Part shown: positions 32,083 to 63,010 of the stretch, one piece after another
Numbering within the stretch: position 1 is the first letter of the stretch
Layout of the letters: each line of letters begins with the position of its first letter
Source of the DNA: the human T2T-CHM13v2.0 reference genome, Homo sapiens
DNA length: 64,000 nt
Direction: 5' to 3' (one strand)
Assembly: GCF_009914755.1 (NCBI RefSeq)
Contig: NC_060931.1
The notes under the pieces: model-generated
The model's database searches: none
What the model saw: only the letters and a program-made list of their open reading frames with translations
What the model was told of the DNA's origin: nothing
Made by a program: the position numbers and the translations under genes

Positions 32083-33322
32083 GGCCAGGTGTGGCGGCAC
32101 ATGCTTGTAATCCCAACACTGTGGCTGGCCAAGGCAGGAGAATCCCTTGGGGCTGGGAGTTCAAAACCAGCCTGGGCAACATAGCAAGACCTCGTTTATA
32201 TAAAAAAAAAAAAAAATAAGAAAATTAGCCGGGCATAGTGGTAAGCACTTGTGGTCCAGCTTCTCAGGAGGCAAAGGCAGGAAGATCATTTGAGCCCAGG
32301 AGTTTGAGGTTGCAGTGAGCTATGATTGTGCCACTGCACTCCAGCCTGGGCAACAGAGCAAGACCCAGTCTCTTAAAAAGACAGAGAGAGAGAGAGAGAG
32401 AAAGAGAAAAAACAAAAACAAAGCCCCAACTGTCTAATAAAATTTAATTCTGCTGCAATTTTATACCCCAGTATGTTGTTCCTTTTTTTTTTTTTTTTTT
32501 GGAGACCGAGTTTTGCTCCGTCACCCAGGCTGGACTGCAGCCTCAACTCACTGCAACCTCCGCCACCCGGGTTCAAGCGATTCTCCTGCTTCAGTCTCCT
32601 GAATAGCTGGGATTACAGACACGCATCACCACCCCCAGATAATTTTTCTATTTTTAGTGGAGTCGGGGTTTCACCATGTTGGCCAGGCTGGTCTCGAACT
32701 CCTGACCTTAGGTGATTGCCCCGCCTCGGCCTCCCAAAGTGCTGAGATTACAGGCGTGAGCAACCGCATCCAACATGTTGCTCCTTTTGTAGGAACACAC
32801 AACACTTTTTCATGGAAAAAATGCAACAAGTTTTAAAGATGGAATTATTTTACCTCATTATTTTATCTTGTTTTGTTTAATGACTAGCATTGCAAATAAA
32901 ATAGCATTTTTTTTTTTACCATTGTAAATACAGACAATCCTTGCTTTGTGTGCTAGTGGGGATCATCAAATGCCCAATGACTGTGCAAGCCAGAACCATG
33001 CAAAACAATCTTAAGAATCAATGGGGGTTGGCTCCGTGGCTCATGCCTGTAATCCCAGCACTTTGAGAGACTGACGGGGGAGAATCACTTGAGGTCAGGA
33101 GTTCAAGACCAGCCTGGCCAACATAGCAAAACCCCATCTCTACTAAAAATACAAAAAACTTAGCCAGGGGTGGTGGCATGTGACTGTAGTCCCAGCTATT
33201 TGGGAGGCTGAGCCAGGAGAATCGCTTCAACCTGGGAAGTGGAGGTTGCAGTGAGCTGAGACTGCCTTACTACACTCTAGCCTGGGGGAAAGAGCAAGAT
33301 TCCATCTCAAAAAAAAAAAAAA
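32083..33322. mobile_element. Alus: 32083-32375 (+), 32483-32775 (-), 33025-33322 (+)
   Basis: Alu consensus. Confidence 0.88.
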
Positions 33323-34150
33323 TCAATGGGAAAAATTATGATTGTTTCATGAACTTTAAAAGTCAGAACTTTAAAAACTTACTGTCAATTATAAATGTAT
33401 AGAAAAATTTAAAAATAAGAAAATATTTCATACACTGAAATTTTAAGTAATTGAAATATTGGGAACTAAAATCTTTCTTTGTGAAATATGTATCAAGAGT
33501 AGTTTTAGCAGTGCTTGCCTTCTCCTGTTTGTACAACTATGTGAACAACAGAGTGAACATTTTGGTGAACTGTCATACTGCTGAGTAAGATTGAATCAGC
33601 TTCCAATGTTCTATTCTTTGTGCTTTCAATCTTGGGAAATATCTCTGAGAGTTCCTTTAATGCAAAGTTGTTTACCACTGGGGCCACTTCCTCTGGGACA
33701 CCTTAATTCTTTTTTTAAATCCTTCATTTCTGTTGATAAGTTTGCCTTCACTAATTCTCTGATTGGGTGTCTAAGGTATCAGCCGCAGTACCAGTATTTC
33801 CACGGTCAGCTGCTACTTTTATAACTCCATTTATGTCACCATCAAATTTCATTCCCAGTATTATCACTTTTTGTTTCTTTGCTGCACTTTGATCTTTGCT
33901 GGCCAACTCCCACTTATCCATTTTTATAAAATGTCACATGGATTTAACACTGGGATTAGATAGGGAGGCAACACGCCTACACACTTTGCTGTGTGTGAAC
34001 TGAATAATAGATGTGCAGTGACGGGCTTTGCAACAAGTGACAGAATCGTTCACTGATCATGTGATTTGTAGATGGATAATCTAGCACTAAAGCTTGCAGT
34101 TAACACATTTCCTTATAGTTAACATACCATGGTAACAAGCTACAGTCTGT
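32931..34150 (-). mobile_element. Tigger-family (pogo-like) DNA transposon relic, possibly Tigger13a
   Basis: Minus-strand peptide NFALKELSEIFPKIESTKNRTLEADSILLSSMTV and upstream ELASKDQSAAKKQKVIILGMKFD resemble Tigger transposase ends; begins ta|cagacaatcctt. Confidence 0.6.
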
Positions 34151-34159
34151 TTAATACTT

Positions 34160-34549
34160 GTGTGAATGGAAAATAAATCCTGGGACCCCAAAATCATTAA
34201 GCTAAGGGAAAAGTCAAACTGGGAACTGCTTAGGGGAAACCTGCCTCCCATTCTATTCAAAGTAACCCCTCTGCTCACTAAGATAAATGCATATCTGATT
34301 GCTTTCTTTGGAAAGACTAATCAGAAGTTCAAAAGAACGCAACCGTTTTACTCTTATCTACCCATGACCTGGAAGCCCCCTCCCCACTTTGAGTTGTCCC
34401 GCCTCTCTGGACCGAACCAACGTTCATCATACATATATTGATTGATGTCTCTCTGTCTCCCTAAAATGTTCAAAACCAAGCTGTGCCTCCGACCACCTTG
34501 CGCACATGTCATAGGACCTCCTGAGGCTGTCACAGATGCATCCTCCCTT
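34160..34549 (+). mobile_element. MER4A/MER4A1 LTR, 3'-truncated
   Basis: ggaaaataaatcctgggaccccaaaatcattaagctaagggaaaagtcaaactgggaactgcttagg. Confidence 0.82.
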
Positions 34550-34599
34550 AAAAAAAAAAAGAGAGAGAGAGATGCAGCAAAGGGTGCCCTTTCCTACAT

Positions 34600-38910
<4,311 letters not shown>

Positions 38911-40198
38911 TAAATTGGCAGAGCCACACAGAGTGTAAGAAACTAATCAGATCTATTCAGCTAGAAAAGCAATTTTGCACAACTGTGTCCATTTTCCCCC
39001 TAAGGAGTTTTACACCTTTATGCAAATGGGGAGGTTGTGGGAAATTGGAATTTAATGTTAATTTGCATTTCTGACCATGGAAGGGTAGGTGAAATGTGCC
39101 TTCTTTTCTATGGCATAGATAAGACAGTGGCACTCTGAGAGGCTCAAATGGAAGCTTCCTCTCCCAAAAGCCATCCCCAGCATACCTGTAAAACAAAAGT
39201 GGCGCATCTCAGAAGGACCTTGGTGGTGTCGCTGGAATGTTGATCAACAAGAATGATACCTGCAAGGTGTAACTGCGCTTTGCATTCCCTGAAGTACAGT
39301 AGGTGCCCCATAAACATCTGATGGCTGGATGAATTAGTAAGTAAACGAGCTCTTTATTTAAAGGTCCCACCCCAAACCAGCATCCCTCAATCAGTCCTGC
39401 CATAACCATCTAGGTGAGGGGGGTTGTTGATGGAAAAAGGTAAGAAAGAAATTTGCAAACTCCCCTGTTGGCTTCACAATAATTCATGCTCATCTGCATC
39501 TAATAAAATATGGAAGCAATTTTACAGAACATTTTGTGCTTTATCGATTCATTTAACTCTTTCCTCCAGGGGGCAAGTCGTATATCCTCATCCAGATATG
39601 TGGGAAGTTCCGTGAATACATCTGCAAATATCTTAAGATGAGATGCTCCTCTCCCTGCTGGGAACCTGACTCTAGTGAAGGAAAGCTTGAAAGTGAACAC
39701 CAACCGGGCTTATCCTGGCCTCCTCTCTACCCATGGTTTCGTGCCCCTGTGTCTGTCCCACTGCCAACGTGACCTGAAATTGCTAGAGGAGGTGAGTGCT
39801 GAAGTCAGTATCATCAGAGCCAAGGACATTGTCCTCTAGAGCCAAGTTCACCCCTTTACTTGGCAGGGCTTCTAAGAGATGAGCTGCTGTCCATCCCATC
39901 AGTCCTCTACACCAGACCACCAGGAAGGACAGATGCTCAGGTGCCACAGCCGCTGCCACCGTCCCCCAAGATACCACGAACAGTCCCTTCACTGTTTCCA
40001 GCTGTGTCTGCCTCTGTGAGCTGCCCCCAAACTCCTTCCAGATTTAAGAACTGATGAATAAAATTGAGCAACACCTGCCCCGAGCTGCCTATTGCTCTGT
40101 TCACGTCCTGATTTTCTGAGTCAACAATTTTCCAGTTTTTTAAATTAAACTTTTCATTTTCAGATGATTATAGATTCACATGTGGTTGTAAGAAATAA

Positions 40199-41594
<1,396 letters not shown>

Positions 41595-41893
41595 TTAATC
41601 CGGTCCAGGGATTAATGCTTCTAAGCCCAGGACTCTGGATTGCACAGGTCCACACACGTGAACTGGCCCTGTCCTTCCAAGACCACCAGGAACACACTGA
41701 CAGCTGAACAAAGTGGGCTTACTGATGCGATGCAAGAAGAGCACACAGATCATGGAAAACCCTAGGGCATCTCAGTAAGGATGTATTTAGGGTTCATACT
41801 GGTGTCGTGTATTTTGGAATAGCTCAAGGAAGCAAGGCTTTACTCTGGATTGCATGCTGTTAAGAACCAGGTCATTCCACAATTGAGCATCTT

Positions 41894-42612
41894 TTTTTTT
41901 CTTTTTTTTTTAAATTTAATTTTATTTTACATTCCGGGATACATGTGCAGAACGTGCAGGTTTGTTACATAGGTAAACGTGTGCCATGGTGGTTTGCTGC
42001 ACCTATGTAACCACAGGTATTAAGCCCCGCATGCATTAGCTGTCTATCCTGGTGCTCTCCCTCCCCCGCCCCTCCAACAAGCCCCAGTGTGTGTTGTTCC
42101 CCTCCCTGTGTCCATGTGTTCTCATTGTTCAGCTCCCACTTATAAGTGAGAAATGCGGTGTTTGATTTTCTGTTCCTTGCTGAGGATAATGGCTTCTAGC
42201 TCCATCCATATCCCTACAAAGGACATGATCTCATTCCCTTTTATGGCTGTGTAGTATTCTGTGGTGCATATGTACCACATTTTCTTTATCCAGTCTATCA
42301 TTCGTGAGCATTTGGGTTGATTCCATGTCTTTGCTATTCTGAATAGTGCTGCAGTGAACATACGTGTGCATGTATCTTTATAATAGAATGATTTCTGTTT
42401 CTTTGGGAATATACCCAGTAATGGGATTGCTGGGTCAAATGGTATTTCTGGTTCTAGGTCTTTGAGGAATCGCCACACTGTCTTCCACAATGGTTGAACT
42501 AATTTACACTCCCACCAACAGTGTAAAAGTATTCTTATTTCTCCACAGCCTCACCAGCATCAGTTGTTCTTGACTTTTTAATAATTGCCATCCTGATTGG
42601 CCTGAGATGGTA
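41894..42612 (-). mobile_element. L1PA 3' fragment with 18-bp TSD
   Basis: ORF 42140-42490 gives the ORF2p C-terminus (WKTVWRFLKDLEPEIPFDPAIPLLGI); TSD tccacaattgag[c/t]atctt at 41876-41893 and 42613-42630. Confidence 0.93.
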
Positions 42613-42635
42613 TCCACAATTGAGTATCTTGATAA

Positions 42636-44949
<2,314 letters not shown>

Positions 44950-45142
44950 ATAGTTCATTCTTTAAAACCTTCTATTTTTGTGTTTTGTAACATATACAAC
45001 ATATTAGTACTTGGGTACATGTAAATAATTTCTAAATAAAAATATACATATTTTGAAGTGTATGTGCTTTTTAAAATTTAATTTAATTTTCAGTTGATGG
45101 CCTGCAACAACAAAAAGCTTCAAAGGCCAATAACCTACCTCC

Positions 45143-46200
<1,058 letters not shown>

Positions 46201-46522
46201 CCCTACCCTGTTGCCAGGTTCCCTAAATTGGTATCCCAACACTAGTCTCCCCCGGTTCTGAGCGCCTTCCATGTCATTTCCAGGCTCAGCTTACTAAAGG
46301 AAATCTCTGGCCAGGTCTCTCGTCTGCTTAACTTCCACCACCCCCAGATGAAGACCAAGTCTTTAGACTGACATCTGCTGCTCTTTAGACTGTGGTCCTA
46401 GCTCCCCCTACCCCTCTCCCCTGGCTTTCTGTCAACATAAACATCACATTCATGCTCACTCTTCCTCCCTGCAGCTCTCCACCCTATCACACCCCCACAC
46501 CTGGGCTTTTCTGTAACTGCCC

Positions 46523-46937
46523 TGTATTAGGCCATTCTCGCTTTGCTAGACTGTGTAATTTATAAAGAAGAGAGGTTTAATTGGCTCCTGGTTCTGCAGG
46601 AGGTATAGGAAGCACGGCAGGATCTGCTTTTGGGAAGATCTGAGGGAACTTTCAATAATGGCGGGAAGCAAAGGGAATGCAGGCACTTCACATGGCTAGA
46701 GAAGGAGCAAGAGCGGAGAGGAGGGTGGGGGCGGTGCTACACACTTTTAAACCACCAGATTTTGACATAACTCACTATCTCATGATAGTGAGACCAGCAC
46801 CAAGTGAATAGTGTTAAACCGTTCATGAGAAATCCACCCCCATGACTCAATCACCTCCCACCATGCTCCACATCCAACATGGGGAATTACAATTGAACAT
46901 GAGATTTGGGTGGGAACACACATCCAAACCACATTAC
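46523..46937 (-). mobile_element. MST (MaLR) solo LTR
   Basis: tgtattaggccattctcgc...aatttataaagaagagaggtttaattggctc...catccaaaccacatta. Confidence 0.82.
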
Positions 46938-47001
46938 GGCCCATAAAAACATGCCATTCCCATCAGTTGGTACATCTTCTGGCTTTGCCTGTCAAATTCT
47001 T

Positions 47002-47304
<303 letters not shown>

Positions 47305-48103
47305 TGCCTGTCAAATTCTTACACTCTTCAATCAATATGTCCACTCTCCAACCTTATCTTACTCTGAAATGTGCTTCCACTGTATTTCTGGGGCTCAGTT
47401 AATGTATTACTTCCCCTGGCATAAGCTAGAAATTGCAAATGCAAATTAAATAGACCACAGAGTGTGGGAAGATATTCCCAATGCCTAAAACAGTCAAGGG
47501 AATAATTTCTAGAATATACAAAGAGATCCTCCAAACCAACAACAAAAAAAAGGACAGGAAAAAAAAAATAGAAAAATAGGCCAAAGATATTTCAAGGCAA
47601 TTCACAGAAGAAGGAGCTCTGGTAGGCAAAAAAGAATATAGATAAATACATAAATGAAAAGTAGAACAGCATTGAGATGCTGACTTATAATGGCCCAGCT
47701 GGCAAAAATTAGAAAGACAGATAATACCAAATATTGTACAGCAGGTGGCTGACTTCATGTCTTTCTCTGTCTTTACCTATCACTCTATTGATTTTTGGAG
47801 TCATCGAATTCTTTAGCTCAGCTTTGTCTCTAAAACTTATACATGCAAATCCAACCCATTTTAGACATCTGTGCTTCAAAGATCCATTGGTTTGTTAAAT
47901 ACAACATGTCCCAAACTGAACCTGCGCTATGCTTCTCTAAACGTGTTTCTCCTCCTCTGTGCTCTGTCCCAAAGAGCCACCCATCATTCTTTACCTGAGT
48001 CATTCAAATCCCTGACTCCTCCTTCTCCTTCACCCCACCATCTGTGACAAAGTTCTCTATATCTTCCAGCTAAAGTGTAGCAGACATTTGTTGCCCACGT
48101 TCC

Positions 48104-50374
<2,271 letters not shown>

Positions 50375-51691
50375 TGACTATGATATTAAGAGCAAATTTT
50401 CCAGCAAAGATGTCAGAGCCTTCTGGAACTAGGCACTGCCTTACCTGGTCAGCTGGCCTGACTCATTCATTCATTTAAACAATGTTCGTTGAGATGAATA
50501 TTAAAAACACATATTGAGAACCTACCCCATTCTAGGTCTAGCTCTAAGATGCTCAGGATAAAATAATAAAAAAAAGGTTGGATGTGGCCCTTGCCCAACT
50601 AGCATGTATAGGAGAAGGATGAAACCAACCCTAAATAAATGAACGATAATTACAAATTGCGAAAAGCGCTATGAGATAAACAAATGGTGTTTTAAGAGAG
50701 AGCTTAGTGGGAGGTGCTCAGCTATTCCCCTGGCTGAAATATTCATTGAACTGTCTCTGACAATCTGAACCCCAGATCTCTTTAAACCCATAGATCACTT
50801 CTGGGAAGTCTACCCTGATTACTGCAAGCCCTGCCTGACTCCTAAAACATTTATTATGTGTTCACCAAATATGTATAACTCTTCCAGCCAGGAAAGCTGC
50901 ATGGAGCCTGTGACACATTTTTATCTGGTACATGAGCTACATAGGTGACGTCACTGTGGCCACCAGGCCTCTTTCAGTCATCCCTCATGCAGTCCCTTCC
51001 ACGTGTATGGAACCAGGCTCATGGGCAAAACAGTGCAATTTCTGGGATCTTTATGCATACTCATTTAGCGATGGAGAGAAAACTCACATACAATGCAGCC
51101 ACCCCAAAGGCACAATCACAGTAAGTTGATTGCAAAGTTCTATATCCATCCCTCTAACTTATCCTTTCTTGACCCTGGCTTGACTCATCCTCCTTGGAGG
51201 TAGCCATAAATAATCTTTCTTCCCTTTCCTGCCATCTCTACCTCATGCTGAAGAGTTTACTCATGGTTCACTCATTTGTAATAGTTCAGTCATTTTTGTT
51301 GATGTTTGGGATAGATTGCTCAGTTCCCAAAAGCCTAACAGACTCTCCACCTGGAATTATACCTCTTGGATGGGTCTCTTTGGCAAAGCAATGGGCAGTT
51401 TTATATGAAGACCATTACACTAGGCAATCATGAATAAACAGTTGAGAGGTGAGGGTGGAGGGGTCTGGAGGACACTAGTGTTTGAGATATTATAGATCAC
51501 AGTTTATTGCTAATTTTAAGCATTCTTGTAAGATAAAATGATCATTCCTATTTTTAAAAGATGAGGAAAATTAAGACACAGCAAGGTAAAAGAAGTTGGC
51601 TAAAAGCTAACTCTTGTAGGACAGAGTCATATGTTTAAGCAAGTGATTTTGAAAGTGTAGGAGGCAGGGTAAAGTGGAGGTTTGCATCGAG

Positions 51692-51968
51692 CTATGGTTC
51701 TCTAATGCGAGTGTGCATCAGAATCATGGGAAAGGCTCCTTAAAGCGCAGGTTGCTGAGTCCTGGCCCCAGAGTTTCTGGTTAAGTGGGTCCATGATGGA
51801 GCCAAGTAATTTGCATTTCTAACAAATGTTAAGGTACAAAAAGCTTACTATAATAATAACAACAACAAGTGGTATTTCTCCAGCCTCTATTACAGTGATA
51901 CTGGCCTAATATGTGCCCAGATGATGCTATTGCTTCTGGTCCAGGGACCACAATTTGATAAGCACTGT
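51692..51968. mobile_element. MER5A (hAT-Charlie) element with a 90-bp internal insertion
   Basis: gtgcatcagaatc...aatttgcatttctaacaa [insert] cccagatgatgct...ggtccagggaccacaatttgataagcactg. Confidence 0.8.
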
Positions 51969-52639
51969 CATAAAATATGGTGTGAGCCCGGAGGAGAGAT
52001 AAATGACCAATGCTTCAGGGCAGCCAAGGGATGGCTTCATAGGGAAAGTGGCATCTGGGTTGGGCATTGAAGATCACATAGGAATTCTCCAACTCACTTT
52101 CCCATCTGCCATTTGTTGGTCATAGAGGAAAGGACTGAACACATGCTATGTTTGGACCCACAGGTACAAGTCAAGTTCAAATGTGGTGAATGTTCAGTGA
52201 GTGTGTATAAATTCTGGAAGCTCAGCAGAGCTTGTACTGACAGGGAAGAGGCTGGCAGGTGAGCCTGGCGCCAGATGGAAAGCCATGCGAAAGAGTTCAA
52301 ATTTCATCCTTTGGGTACCAGGCTTTTAGTCAGAAGAGTAATGCAATTCTCTTTGCTTAATTGGATTCTAATTGTTCCTTCATTAAAAATAAGATGGTAT
52401 TAATCACTCACTACACCAAGGAATGCTAAGGTATAAAAAGCTCACTATACAAATAATACCAATAACAGTAAGTGGTATTTCTCTGGCTCTCACCACAGTG
52501 ATACTAGCCTTGCATGTATGATATGATTTACTCCCTACAGCAATCCTTTGTAGCAGATGCTACTGTTATCCCATTTTAGAGATGAGGAAACTGAGGTTTA
52601 GGGAGGCAAGGGCACAGTGCTTGAAAGTAGCTGAATAGC

Positions 52640-54932
<2,293 letters not shown>

Positions 54933-56098
54933 GAGAGTCCTTTCAGCATTGAATGCTTTTGGTTCTAAGTCGTTTGACCACATATACAAGGGTTTATTTC
55001 TGGACTTGATTCTATTCCATTGGTCTGTGTGTCTGTTTTTAAGCCCTTTCAGTTCATTTTCAGCACTAGAAGGTTAGTTCCATGAGGGCAGGTGCCTTGC
55101 CTGGCTTTCCACAGCCCCGCCCCTGGCACAGAGGGGCTCACTGAATTTCCAGTAGCTGACTAGCTTTGATAGTTTCTAGCTTTCCCTTGCACAGCCCAGA
55201 TGGACTTCCCTGCATGCCTCCAGCTTGTCCTGTGTTGGGCATACCACCTCCCCTGGGCAGTCTGCCATGCTCTTTTTCCTTAGACTTCAGAGGGGTCCTG
55301 CCTTCCCTCTCTCCAAACTCAGCTCAGGGTCTGCTGGATTATTTGACCTAGCCCCGTCCTCCTTCTGTTCATAAGTGGTGCTTGTGCATCCGGCATTTGC
55401 CATTTGCTCACCCTTCTTCCAGGCATCCTTGCACCTATGTTCCTCAGACCTGTGTCCACCAGACTCTCATGGACCCCCACCTGCTTTCTGGGATTTTCCT
55501 ACTTCACTTGAGTCCTGGCATCTTGAGTCCTGGCATATGGAAAGCTTAGCCTCAGGCTCTGTTCCAGCCTTGTTTAAGTCACATCAAAAGGCGATCCTGT
55601 TTTTTTGTTTTTGATTTTGTTTCCAGTCTCATACATAAGGCCTCTGTAATGGCAGGGAGGAAATCCAGAGGGCAGGAACACAGCATTACATCATCACATT
55701 ACCTACAGGGATGCATTTTCAAGGCCAGCAAACTCAATTAGCTTGTTGGTAATAGCAGTTCCAGCACCAGGACGCATACAGCAGAGTTCATCATGCTGAA
55801 GGACACAAAAAACAGATGACAGTGTGGTCCACCATGCAGACCTGCCAGCAAACTAGCCCAGAGAGACAGTTCCAAACGTGATTTCCTTTCAATAATCTTG
55901 GGCTGCTGTAATCTTGAGAAATAGAATGCTCTTTGTTAGCTTCATCCTCGTTATTTCTTTCCTCACACATCTTTGAGCAACTTTTCTTTTCTTCTGCAAA
56001 TTTCCAGCTATTGCACTGGACCCTTGTTGACTCCAATAGAGATGGCCCCATGTCCCAGAAGCCAAAGAGGAGACCTGGAGCCAGTGAAGGTTACATAA

Positions 56099-57100
56099 TG
56101 TCATTGGCAGGAGGCAGACAAATTCCTAGGCAGCCAGAGGCAGGTCCCTGCTGAAATCCGACCTTCAAGCCAAAGACAGCTCGATGCCTGAAAACCTAGC
56201 TACTACAGCCCAGGACTGGAGTGAGAACTTCCTCGATATCTTTTTAGCCAATCAAATGATGCTTTTTCCAGGCCCACCCATGGATCAATCAGCATGCACT
56301 CCCCCATTCTGAGCCCATAAAAACCCCAGACTCAGCCCCACAATGGGACTACCTGTCTTGGGGAAGGGGCTACTCACTTCGGGTTCCCCTCTCATGTTGA
56401 GAGCTGTTATGTTGCTCAGTATAACTCTTCTCCACCTTGCTTACTCTCTGGTTGTCCACATAACCTTATTCTTGGTCACGGGACAAGAACCCACAGCCTG
56501 CTGAATGACAAGAGTGAAAAGGGCTGTAACAAGTTCCTGGCTGGCTCGCCAAGAAGCAGGTGGTGACACGCTCTCATTTGCTGGACTACAGTGGAAGAGC
56601 GGTAAACCTTCTGGGGGCCCAGGTCTTGGGATTTCCTGATCCAGAGCTGTGACAAGCTGTAACATGCACTTAGGCCTCTGTGGTTGCTGGTGTCTCTGAA
56701 TTTTCGGGCACCAACATGTTCCCCTCATCCAGATGCCAGTGCCCAAGGTGGAAACCACTTGAGGCACATCTGGTCCAGCCACAGCCTTGTACAGAGCTTG
56801 TGCCTGTGCTGGTGCCTGGAGCTGCCCACCTCACCTTAGCAGCCAGTGCACTTGGCTGTGCACCATGGCTGTGCCTCATGCTTGCTCACTCACACACCCC
56901 TCGCCACTCTGCACCTGGCTCGCTTACAGTGGGTGTGGGATCTGGGCCAGTATCGAGAGCCGAGCACAGCCAGCTCAGCACAGCCTGCCGAGCTGAGTGG
57001 GCAGAGCCAACCCAGCAGTCATGAGCAAAACTCGGGCAGAGGTGCTGCCAGCCACAGAGGTTTCCAGCTGGTGAAGCAGCACCCAAAGAATCCTGTGTCA
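56099..57100 (+). mobile_element. About 1-kb ERV1 solo LTR (LTR28/LTR1/MER52 group), nested in an older opposite-strand LTR (about 56010-57450)
   Basis: TG...CA ends, TSD ataa/atag, CCAAT (gccaatc) and cccataaaaacccc TATA-like box; the host resumes at ggatttattgagg. Confidence 0.72.
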
Positions 57101-57712
57101 ATAGGATTTATTGAGGACTTATAAATGGGGCAGTCCAGGAGTGGCAGGCTGGACAGGAGACTCCCTACCTTTTTAAAAAATGCACACCAGTTATATCATT
57201 TTTTCACTTAGCAACCCCCACCTAGCAACCTCCATGTAACCCAAAACAAAGGGCAGCCCCTGTAGAGCCTGCATTTCAAGGGGATGGGACAGGGCTTCTG
57301 ATGTCCTTCACAGATAAGGAGTGGATCTTCAGGTTGGCCACTTCTGGATTCCTTAGCTTGAAACTTTGAACACACATTTCCTTAGACCATGGTGTTATTT
57401 TCAGGGTTAAGTTGCTTAAGTTATTGCTCTCAAATGTGTCTTCCATACACTAGCATTGAGACCTAGAGAGGTTTGAACATTTATCTACATACATTTAGCC
57501 AGTGGCCTTATCTCAGTCACTGTTTAGTCATTGTTCAGTGTGTCAGATCATCAGCTGAGCTAATGTTTTGGGTAAGTTAGAGCAGGCAGAAAATCCTCAT
57601 TCAGAATCAATGGGGAAGAAGGACAGTCAGGATTACTAAGAAGTCAAAATAACATGCTATTTTAACCACAGTGTCCTGAGAGCAGAGAATGTTTTTGTTC
57701 AACAGTTCTTAG

Positions 57713-58036
<324 letters not shown>

Positions 58037-58467
58037 AGTTCAACAGTTCTTAGAATTTAACTTGTCCAACCTTGTAATTTTACAGATGAGAAAACCAAGA
58101 GCCATAGAAAGTTAAATTATGTCTGCCAGGTGGCCATGGCTCGTTAGCATACATGCAGAATGACTATAAATAAGCCACAGTCCACTTACAGAAAAGCTGG
58201 TCTTGCAGAGTCTCTTCAGAGCATGCTTTATCACCCAGAGATGGGGGGGATTTCAAAGCAGCACATAGTGGGCCTTCAGGTGCTGTCAATGTTATGTTGA
58301 TAGGGTATTTGCTTTTGTCTGTAAACTAAAAAGCCCTGCAGAATCTCAGTTAGCTTTCTATTTTCAATAAGGAGTTCCTTGTTCATAGTGCTAAGAGAAG
58401 TGATAGTTATGCTGCTAAACATGAAACTGTCAAATTAGAGGCATTCAAATTATTTTGCAGGAAGGTA

Positions 58468-58933
58468 TGTGAACCTGAAAATGTGAGACTTTCTCAGTTA
58501 ATTGAGAAAGTTGATTTTGCCAGGGTTGAGGGTGCGCACTGTGACACAGCCTCAGAGGTCCTGACGACATGTGCCCAAGGTAGTCGGGGCACAGCTTTGT
58601 TTTATACATTTTAGGGAGACATGAGACATCAGTCAATATGTGTAAGATGTACATTGGTTCAGTCCAGAAAGGTGGGACAACCGGAGGCAAAGGCCAGGCA
58701 ACTCGAGGTGGGGAGAGGCTTTTGGGTCATAGGTAGGTAAGAGACAAATGGTTGGATTTTTTTGAGTCTCTGATGAGCCTCTTCAAATGAAGCAATCAGA
58801 TATGCATCTATCTCAGTGAGCAGAGGGGTGACTTTGAATAGAATAGGAGGCAGGTTTGCCTTAAGCAGTTCCCAGCTTGACTTTTCCCTTTAGCTTAGTG
58901 ATTTGGGGCCCCCAGATTTATTTTCCTCTCACA
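58468..58933 (-). mobile_element. MER4A/MER4A1 solo LTR, full length
   Basis: Same family as 34160-34549 in reverse orientation; tgt...aca ends; TSD ggta/gtta. Confidence 0.85.
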
Positions 58934-59721
58934 GTTACATCATACTTCTCTCAAAGCAACCTCTGTTTCCCAGTCCTCTTTAGCCCTAGATGCATTTTTC
59001 ATCTCCTCCCTTTTTTGGAACAAGAAGAGGAATCCTGTGTACAGAGGCCCTTATATCTTGGATACCAACAATCCCTGCTTCTATGCAGAACGCACTTAAA
59101 AAGCATGTGGATTCTGGCATGTGTTCTAAATGGCTCATTAATCATGCACTTTCTTAAGAAGGATTCTAAAGAGTTCAAATTTGCTGGGGAGCATTCTCCG
59201 TCTCCCCTCAGGTGGACTAGCAAGTACAGAGTCTTCAGTTCTTTCATCTATTTATAGCTCAGAGAAGCCACCCGGATGGGGATGATGAGGATGTGTGATT
59301 CCTAAGGAGAAATCACTCAAATTCATGAAGATTCTCCCTCTGCCTTTATAATGTAGGCACATCGTTAAATGCACTTTGTTGAAGCTATGCTAAAATGTTG
59401 GACATTTCACTGGATAAACAAAACAATAAAAACAGTCAAGATGGTTTTCTAGTTATGAGACTCTGAATACTCTACTTGAATTTAGCAGGGTTTAGGTATA
59501 TGTGGATGTTGTTGCTTCCTTCCTCCTCCCTCACTTCCTTCCTCATTTTCTCTGTCTGTATCTTTGTAATGAGGCCATGCATGTTACTGGGAAATATAGT
59601 AGATTTGGAGGCAGGCTTGGGTTCCCATCCAAGGTCCATCACTCACAATTGTGTGACCCCCACACACATTATGTGACTGTTCTGGCTCTTAGTAATTGAA
59701 GGATAACAATAAAGTAGAGAA

Positions 59722-60188
<467 letters not shown>

Positions 60189-60688
60189 TAAAAAATTCTG
60201 TAGAGATAGGGTCTTGCTATGCTGCCCAGGCTGGTCTCAAACTTCTGGCCTCCAACGATCCTCTTACTTTGGTCTCTCAAAGTGCTAGGATTACAGACAT
60301 GAGCTACTATTCTTTATTCAATAAAAATCTTTTTCATCGAGCACATTCTTTGGCCTTCCCACTTGTACATGCTAGGGATATAATACTGAATAAAACTGGC
60401 AAACCCCTGCAGTTGTAGAACTGATATTCTAGTGAAGGAGCCAAATATATAGAATGCAACACCTGCCATAGAAGGAAATAAGGTGGGGAAGAAGGGCAAG
60501 AAGTGTGGCTGGGGAAGAGGTGTTTCAGATTTTAAATGGGTCATCAGGGAAGAACCTGATGGCAGAGGATGGCGTTTGAATAGAGACCTTGAGTGGTGCT
60601 GGAGGCTGCAGCAGATGTCCAGGGAAGAAGTATCACTATTGAAGTAGGCCCTGCCAGAGGCCTAGTACAATACACAGTGATAATTTAT

Positions 60689-63010
<2,322 letters not shown>

